This document shows, in pieces, positions 33,294 to 39,059 of a stretch of 39,059 nucleotides of DNA; the stretch's first letter is position 1; the number at the start of each line of letters is the position of its first letter. A model generated the notes under the pieces. The model did no database searches. It saw only the letters and a list, made by a program, of their open reading frames with translations, and was not told where the DNA came from. The translations under genes were made by a program, and so were the position numbers. Source of the stretch: a virus (Duplodnaviria > Caudoviricetes). The DNA lies in the IMG/VR virus record IMGVR_UViG_3300048856_000093, positions 1-39,059 of that record, one strand, 5' to 3'.

Positions 33294-34559
33294 ATGGCTG
33301 AGAGCACCAATACCGCCTCCGGGGCGGGTAGGAAACATGTGCCCAGACCGCAGGGCTTCCGGGTCGCGCCGGGGGTGAAGGTCACCGCTGCGGCGACCGA
33401 GCGGGACAAGCACTGGGACCCGGCCCCTCGCATCCGCGATTTGGTGTCCGGCAGCCGCCAGAGAGCGGGCCACACCGTGACCACGCTTCTCGACCTGCTG
33501 GAGATGTTCGACACGCTGAATGGGCGGGACGAGACGCGCATGCCGCTCTCCAACCGCGACCTCACGCAGCTGAACAACGCCGAGGCGCGCATCTGCAAGC
33601 TCCTAGCGAAGACTGAGCCGGCTTCCAACGAGGAGGCGGTGCGTCTCTTTGAATACATGGAGCGGCGCTGCCGCCGCGAAGTCATCATGAGCCAGGATAT
33701 CGGCAAGAGCATGTGGGAGGCCTTCATGGCGGCCCACGCCTATCTCGTCCTCCACAGCAAGAAGCCACACGAGCTGCGCACGGTCGATGTCACTGTGGGC
33801 GCCGACGATGCGCTGATCAGTGCCTGCGCCGACTACCGGGCACGCATGGACGAGGTGAACAACGGCCCCGAGGAAACCCTCGATGGCTATGGTCCGATCT
33901 GGCAGCAGTACGCCGCCTGCCGCGACACCATCAGCAACGCACTCCCGGTCACTATCGCTGGCTTGGTGGCCAAGGCCCGCGCCGCCAAGATCGAGGCGCG
34001 CCGGCAAGACGGCTCCGAGAGGCCCGAGAACACCATGGCTGCGGCGTGGTCCTGGGATCTCGTCAACGATCTGATCCGGCTATTCGGCGGAGAAGAGACG
34101 CCTGCGATGCCGGCGTGTCCCGCAGCGGCATTGATCCCCGACATATTGGAGATCGAGGCCACCTACGAGATCATCGCCAACCACGTGCCCGGCCTTAGCA
34201 ATCTGGCGGATGCGGTCAACGACCATATGGACGCGCAGTACTGGGCTCGGCGCGACGCGCTACTGGCCATACTGCAGACCACTCGCCCCAGCAGCGTTCA
34301 TGGCGCCATGCTCTGCATGCTCGGCGCAGTCGTGCACATCGATGACCTGGACCTGTTCGAATATTCGGCGAAGGAGGTGGGCGAGAAGGCAGAGGCGGCG
34401 CGGAACCTTATCGCGGGCGCCTACTACGCACTCCAGGCCATTTATGGTGAATGCGGCCTCGCGAAACTGCGGGACGAGCGCATAGGCCTCTACCGCTACA
34501 GCCTTGCCACCCGTGAGGAGTACGAGGCCGAGCAGCGGCGCATTGAGGGGATGCGCTGA
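33294..34559 (+). CDS. Hypothetical helical multi-module protein, 421 aa
   Basis: AGGAG RBS before MAEST; three helical segments with P.(S/T)..(G/E) motifs. Confidence 0.78.
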   Translation: MAESTNTASGAGRKHVPRPQGFRVAPGVKVTAAATERDKHWDPAPRIRDLVSGSRQRAGHTVTTLLDLLEMFDTLNGRDETRMPLSNRDLTQLNNAEARICKLLAKTEPASNEEAVRLFEYMERRCRREVIMSQDIGKSMWEAFMAAHAYLVLHSKKPHELRTVDVTVGADDALISACADYRARMDEVNNGPEETLDGYGPIWQQYAACRDTISNALPVTIAGLVAKARAAKIEARRQDGSERPENTMAAAWSWDLVNDLIRLFGGEETPAMPACPAAALIPDILEIEATYEIIANHVPGLSNLADAVNDHMDAQYWARRDALLAILQTTRPSSVHGAMLCMLGAVVHIDDLDLFEYSAKEVGEKAEAARNLIAGAYYALQAIYGECGLAKLRDERIGLYRYSLATREEYEAEQRRIEGMR

Positions 34560-34834
34560 TGACCCGCCCTCTCCTTGCCTGGGCCGCCACCGCCGCCTTG
34601 GTCGTCGGCGCGCCCTACGGGGCCGCTCAAGTCTTCCTCGCGGTACAGCACGAGGCGCGGCTGCTGGACGAGGCCGATCGCATCATCGCCGAACTCAACG
34701 CGGCCGAAGCCGCCATCGAGGACCTGGAGCCGGAAGAGGATGACGACGACCTGGCGGAGGTGAGCATGCAGCCGCTCACTCTCTGCCCCGACGTGAACCG
34801 TCCGATCCGCCGCATGTCCGGAGGGCGGACGTGA
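34559..34834 (+). CDS. Hypothetical protein with an N-terminal hydrophobic segment and an acidic stretch
   Basis: TGATG overlap; 91 aa. Confidence 0.7.
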   Translation: MTRPLLAWAATAALVVGAPYGAAQVFLAVQHEARLLDEADRIIAELNAAEAAIEDLEPEEDDDDLAEVSMQPLTLCPDVNRPIRRMSGGRT

Positions 34835-35178
34835 CCGAAAAGATCCCCTTTCCCGACGTTCTCGGCCGGCTGAATGCGGCGATCCGCACAGCCGGGAGTG
34901 AGAGCGCCTTCGCCCGGAAACACGGGCTTACCCGGCAGGAAGTGCACGAGGCCCTGAAGGCCAACCGTCACCCCGGCCCGCGCCTGCTCGCGGCCGTGGG
35001 CGTCCGGAAGGTGGTGGCCGTCCACTACGAGCTGACGGGCCCGATCGGCCCGGCCGCCCAGGCCGTCCCTGAGCCCGGCACCTGCGCCTGCTTCGCCTCC
35101 GCGGAGCGCGCCTGCCTCAACCCCGTCTGTCCCCGCCAGCCGGCGCATCTGCGCCAGATCCCTCCGGAGGCCGCATGA
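34831..35178 (+). CDS. HTH protein with a Cys-rich tail
   Basis: AGSESAFARKHGLTRQEV..AL...R.PGP.LL.AVG; GTGA overlap. Confidence 0.75.
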   Translation: MTEKIPFPDVLGRLNAAIRTAGSESAFARKHGLTRQEVHEALKANRHPGPRLLAAVGVRKVVAVHYELTGPIGPAAQAVPEPGTCACFASAERACLNPVCPRQPAHLRQIPPEAA

Positions 35179-35753
35179 CCATGGCCAATGCGCTCATCAT
35201 CAACCTGGGCGGCGGAGATATCTCGCTCGGCCGGCTCGTCGTCGGCCCCGGCCAGAGCGACAGCCATGTCCTGCTGCGGATCGAGGGCGGCTTCGCCCCC
35301 GCATTCGGGCACTTCCGTGAGGCGGCTCTGAGCCGCCAGCAGGAGGAGGAGCTGCTGCAATTCCTGTGGGAACGGGCGAACCCGCCCCTGCCCCCGTCCG
35401 ATATAGAGGGTGAGCAGCGGCTGCTTGGCGCCGTCCTGACGAAGCCAGCCCTCTTCGAGGTACTGGCCGACCAGGTGACGTCGGAGCACTTCGCAGATCC
35501 GGTTCACCGCGCAATTTGGTGTGCCATGCACCAGCTCGCACTGAACACGGTCGAGCCGACGCCCGATGCGGTCTCCATCCAGATGCATGGATCTGGCATC
35601 CTCGATGAGGTTGGCGGGCCGGCCTACCTGCAGCAACTGACAAAGCAGATGCCCCTGCGTGCCGCCGACGCGGTGCTGCTGGCCCGGCGCATCGAGGAAA
35701 TGGGCATTGACCGCCAGGGCGGCGAGACGCCTCCGTGGGAGGCGACGCGATGA
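35175..35753 (+). CDS. Protein carrying only a DnaB helicase N-terminal domain
   Basis: PPSDIEGEQRLLGAVL...EHFADPVHRAIW.AM..L...EVGGPAYL..L; no ATPase domain. Confidence 0.82.
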   Translation: MTMANALIINLGGGDISLGRLVVGPGQSDSHVLLRIEGGFAPAFGHFREAALSRQQEEELLQFLWERANPPLPPSDIEGEQRLLGAVLTKPALFEVLADQVTSEHFADPVHRAIWCAMHQLALNTVEPTPDAVSIQMHGSGILDEVGGPAYLQQLTKQMPLRAADAVLLARRIEEMGIDRQGGETPPWEATR

Positions 35754-36328
35754 GCGCCGGCTTCTCTAGGGTGGTGCGCCGCTACCTGTACGATGTGTCT
35801 CCGCGCGATCTGCGTCGCGCGGCTGCGATCCTGTCGCGGGACCAGAAGCGGGTCCAGGCGAAGCTGGCGGCCGGGGATGCGTCGCAGCCCGCTGAGAGGC
35901 TGCAGGATCAAATCTCGTCCTCGGGTCGAGCGGGGGTGGCCCTAGTCCGGCTGGCCACAGCGCTTCAAGGCTTAATGGCGACTGACTGTCAGGTCCGGGA
36001 GGGAGGCCGCGCGCCCTTGAGAGATAACGGCCTAACTCCGCACGACGTCGCCGCGGCGGTGCTGCGGCTCAGGGGCATGCCCGAGATCGCGGCCCAGGAC
36101 GTGGCATCCCTCGTCGTGGAGGAGTTGCTTCGGCACTGGCCTTTCAAGTGGGATCTGGGTGACCGCGAACTGGCGGGCGAAGAGCGCGAGGCTCGCGAGC
36201 GGGCGCTCATCGTCAGCCTCGTGTCCAGGGCGATGCCGGAGAAAGAGTTTCGGGCCATCACGGAGCGCGCCCGCGACATCGTAGACGCCGAGAACACTCG
36301 GCGGGCGAAGGTGCGGCATGCCGCCTGA
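35750..36328 (+). CDS. Hypothetical protein, 192 aa
   Basis: ATGA overlap start (MSAGFSRV). Confidence 0.7.
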   Translation: MSAGFSRVVRRYLYDVSPRDLRRAAAILSRDQKRVQAKLAAGDASQPAERLQDQISSSGRAGVALVRLATALQGLMATDCQVREGGRAPLRDNGLTPHDVAAAVLRLRGMPEIAAQDVASLVVEELLRHWPFKWDLGDRELAGEEREARERALIVSLVSRAMPEKEFRAITERARDIVDAENTRRAKVRHAA

Positions 36329-36563
36329 CTTCATGGAGATCCACGACCCGACCGGGGCCGGGCGCCGGCGGTCCGCCATGATGCGCCCGTCCTGCTGGCC
36401 TGGCGCGGATGCCGTCCCGGGCCGAGGCGCCTTCTGCGGCAAGTGCGAAGGCCAGCGCTGGTATGGCAACGAGAACGGCTGGTCCTGCACGACCTGCCAC
36501 CCGGGCGCGGAAGCCTGCGGTGGCGGGACCATCGTGGAGACGGGAGGCGCCGGCCATGGCTGA
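36318..36563 (+). CDS. Small Zn-ribbon-like protein
   Basis: CGKC...W....GWSCTTCHP. Confidence 0.7.
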   Translation: MPPDFMEIHDPTGAGRRRSAMMRPSCWPGADAVPGRGAFCGKCEGQRWYGNENGWSCTTCHPGAEACGGGTIVETGGAGHG

Positions 36564-36759
36564 CGCCGCGCGCTACGCCGCCATGTCCGACCCGGACAGG
36601 AACCCGGCCTTCCGGCGCCTCTGGCAGGACCCCTGCCGGGCGCTGCCGGCGCCACCACCACAGCCCTTCAACAGCATTGGAGACGTCGCAGCGCGCGTGG
36701 TGGCGCGCATCCGCGACGACCGGCTCCGCCGCAAGATCAGGGAGGTATTCGGGGAATGA
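36556..36759 (+). CDS. Hypothetical protein, 67 aa
   Basis: GGAGG RBS, MADAARY start, ATGA overlap downstream. Confidence 0.65.
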   Translation: MADAARYAAMSDPDRNPAFRRLWQDPCRALPAPPPQPFNSIGDVAARVVARIRDDRLRRKIREVFGE

Positions 36760-37121
36760 GCTTTCACGGAACCCCGCCGACCCCGGCGGCCGGCACGATC
36801 TCTCACCGCACAAAGGCCTTGCGGCCCGACATCGGGCTGTCGGAGGAGCTGGTCGACGCCATCCGCCGCGAGCGGAAGAAGGGCCAGGAGCCAGCGCAGA
36901 TCGCGGAGACGCTGACGCTGCCGCTGGAGGTGGTGGAGAAGGCTCTGCTGGCGATGCGTATGCCTCAGCCGGGCCGGACACGCGCGACCTTGAACGTCAC
37001 GCGTGAAGCCGGCGCCTTCGTGCACCGGGAACGCGCCCCCGGGGAGCCGGTCTGGAAGGCCTTCGACCGGATCGTGGGCGAGCTGATCGAGCTGCGCGCC
37101 GCGGCGGAAGAAGGAGCATGA
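36756..37121 (+). CDS. Hypothetical HTH-like protein
   Basis: G.EPAQIAETL.LPLE.VEK.L helix-turn-helix pattern; coupled on both sides. Confidence 0.72.
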   Translation: MSFHGTPPTPAAGTISHRTKALRPDIGLSEELVDAIRRERKKGQEPAQIAETLTLPLEVVEKALLAMRMPQPGRTRATLNVTREAGAFVHRERAPGEPVWKAFDRIVGELIELRAAAEEGA

Positions 37122-37411
37122 ACGGCAAGAAGGAGGGGGACCGGCACGTCCGACTTGTGGTCGATCGTGCCGGTCCAGGCCGTGCGAAGTCCAAGGAACG
37201 AGATGTCATAGGAAGCCGGAGGTATTGTCGGCCCTCTCCATGTCGAACAGTGCAGCCTCCTGGGGCGGCGACGTCAACGCTCATGCGCGCCGGATCGCGG
37301 GTTCTTGTGCAGGTGCGGAATAGTGGGGCGCCCCCGGTATCCGGGCCGCCAGGGCTGAAGGGGGAGGGCGGCCAGTGATCGAGATCGCCAAGCTCCGCAA
37401 GGAGGCCAACC

Positions 37412-37648
37412 GTGGCTGAGGCCCAAGTTGATTACCTTATCCGCATCGCGGAGGTGGAGCGGCAGACGGGCCTAGCCCGGTCCACCATCTACCGGCGCAT
37501 GGCCGAGGGCACCTTCCCGCTGGCAGTCGGCGTCGGGCGGGGACAGGTGCGCTGGCGGCAGTCAGAGGTCACCCGCTGGCGCGACAGCCTGGAGCCGGTC
37601 AGGATGAGGGCGCCCCCACCGCATCCGGTGGCTGACGCAGGGAGATGA
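37412..37648 (+). CDS. alpA: AlpA family regulator / excisionase
   Basis: LIRIAEV.RQTGLARSTIYRRM.EGTFP..V.VG...VRW..SEV..W; AAGGAGG RBS; near the integrase. Confidence 0.93.
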   Translation: MAEAQVDYLIRIAEVERQTGLARSTIYRRMAEGTFPLAVGVGRGQVRWRQSEVTRWRDSLEPVRMRAPPPHPVADAGR

Positions 37649-37833
37649 GCGTGGCTCGGTTCGTGCAGTTCAAGCAATCCAATGGGTTTCTGGTGGCAAT
37701 CAATATCGAGCAGATCTGCTCCATCACACCTTCTGCCAAAGAAGGCATCACCTTCATCAAGACCATTGCGCCGGACGGAACTTACACGATCCAAGAGCCG
37801 TATGCTGACGTTCTGAGAACCATAGGAGGCTAG
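37645..37833 (+). CDS. Small lower-GC hypothetical protein, 62 aa
   Basis: ATGA overlap with alpA; IN.EQI.SI...T.I...E....V pattern. Confidence 0.7.
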   Translation: MSVARFVQFKQSNGFLVAINIEQICSITPSAKEGITFIKTIAPDGTYTIQEPYADVLRTIGG

Positions 37834-39059
37834 CCCACCAGCGCAGCCGCCTCCGGCCGTCCCTCCAACAAGAGGTCGGCCCATTCTTGCGCCAGCTCGC
37901 GACGGCGGGCCATGAGCTTGGCGCGATTATAGACCGCCTCCACCCCCGTCTTCGGCTTGTGCGCCAGCATCAGATCGATCACGGCCCGGTCGTGCTCGTT
38001 TTGGTGCACCTCGTTCATGATGGTGGAGAAGGACGATCTCCAGCCGTGCGGGACGTGCTTGCCGGCAAGGCCAGCACGGTTCATCAGGCTCAGCAGCGTC
38101 ATCGCCGATATGCACGCTGTGCGTCCCCAATGGCTCGGGAAGACGAAGGGGCTTTTCCCGGCCAGTCGCTTGGCCTGCTCCAAGATCTCCACCGACTGCC
38201 GCGCCAGAGGCACCAGGTGCTCGCGCCTGTCGCCGACACGCCCCTTCATCCGTTCCTTCGGGATCCTCCACAGTGGCTCAGGCCCATCCAGGCCTTCCAT
38301 CTCCTCCCAGCGCGCATTGGTCATCTCGTTCTGACGGACGGCCGTTAGCGCAAGGAAGCGATGAGCCAAGTGGCTGGTGGCGAGGGCGCCGGTGCCTTCT
38401 ACGGCGGCCAGGACAGCGCGAGCATCCTCCAGCGTGCCGACCGCTGGCTGCTGCCCCTTCACTCGCTTCGACAGCGCGCCAGCGACGATAGCGGCCGGGT
38501 CGTTCTCCCCTACCCCGGCAGCGATGGCATACACAAAGACAGCCGACATCCGCTGCCGGAGGCGTGCCGCCATATCGACGGCTCCGCGCTTCTCGACAGC
38601 GCGGAGAACTGCAAGGACCATCGGTGGCGTGATCCGGTTAATCGGCAGCTTGCCCAGTGCGGGGAATGCGTCCGCCTCCAGGCTGCGGAGTGCGATCTTC
38701 CTGTGCCTCGGCACCCAGTGAGGGGTCTCGCGCTCAATCCACGCACGGGCCAGAACCTCGAAGGTGTTCTCACTCGCCTCCGCCACCTCGATCCGCGCGG
38801 CACGGCGCTCCACGCTCGGGTCCTTCCCCTGGTCCAGCAGAGCTCGCGCAGCCTCACGGGCCTTCCGCGCCGCGCCGAGGCCGACGCTCGGATACTTCCC
38901 CAGCGCCAACATCTTCTCCCGCCCGGCCGGGAACTCGTAGCGATAGCGCCAGAGCTTGCTTCCCCGCGTCGTGACCTGCAGATGTAGGCCCTGCCCGTCT
39001 GCCAAGCGGTAGTCCTTCTCGCGCGGCTCGGCGGCTCGGATTTCCTTGTCAGTCAGCAC
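37830..39059 (-). CDS. int: Tyrosine integrase, P4/IntA type with arm-binding domain
   Basis: LTD..IR.A.P.EK.Y.L.DG.GL.L.V...GSK.WR.RY; catalytic R (TAVRQNE), K (RMK), HGWR, LAH and Y (VYNR). Confidence 0.97.
   Translation of the reverse strand: MLTDKEIRAAEPREKDYRLADGQGLHLQVTTRGSKLWRYRYEFPAGREKMLALGKYPSVGLGAARKAREAARALLDQGKDPSVERRAARIEVAEASENTFEVLARAWIERETPHWVPRHRKIALRSLEADAFPALGKLPINRITPPMVLAVLRAVEKRGAVDMAARLRQRMSAVFVYAIAAGVGENDPAAIVAGALSKRVKGQQPAVGTLEDARAVLAAVEGTGALATSHLAHRFLALTAVRQNEMTNARWEEMEGLDGPEPLWRIPKERMKGRVGDRREHLVPLARQSVEILEQAKRLAGKSPFVFPSHWGRTACISAMTLLSLMNRAGLAGKHVPHGWRSSFSTIMNEVHQNEHDRAVIDLMLAHKPKTGVEAVYNRAKLMARRRELAQEWADLLLEGRPEAAALVG

Larger units (their letters stand above)
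1..39059. mobile_element. Temperate prophage (lambda-like head/cos, Mu-like contractile tail, P4-type integrase); extends past both window edges
   Basis: Contiguous integrase, immunity, replication, packaging, head and tail modules with no host housekeeping genes. Confidence 0.97.

Noticed and set aside
37118-37378. 86-aa ORF as a confident gene
   Set aside because: It has an RBS and overlaps, but atypical composition and no motif; left unannotated.
37830-39059. att site or target tRNA next to the integrase
   Set aside because: The window ends at the integrase start codon; no att core or tRNA is visible.

Overview
The whole window is the larger part of a GC-rich temperate prophage. The host is probably an alphaproteobacterium (Acetobacteraceae-like; inferred from gene style only). 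From right to left it holds: a P4-type tyrosine integrase starting at the last base; a + strand early operon (BRO antirepressor, hypotheticals, a stand-alone DnaB N-terminal-domain protein, AlpA excisionase); a cI/cro switch with two matching 17-bp palindromic operators; a - strand operon (cro, cII-like, ParB/DGQHR-like, an O-like initiator with internal iterons, a Twinkle-type primase-helicase, a DUF6456-like late regulator); an accessory island (22.2-23.8 kb); a lambda-like cos site and head module; and a Mu-like contractile tail module. The tail module ends in a large tail-associated GQSN-esterase gene that runs off the left edge and is missing from the ORF track. The most unusual items are: a tandemly duplicated convergent pair of small genes in the island, one copy with TGA at a conserved Trp; a cosQ/cosN site with lambda spacing that predicts the cohesive end GGTATTTCGCAC; a Twinkle-like gene co-occurring with a DnaB-NTD-only protein; a two-domain tail chaperone with a -1 frameshift; and an antisense secreted moron near a tape measure protein with a lysozyme domain. 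No lysis cassette, att site, tRNA or CRISPR was seen. All family calls come from motif recognition by eye; no searches were run.
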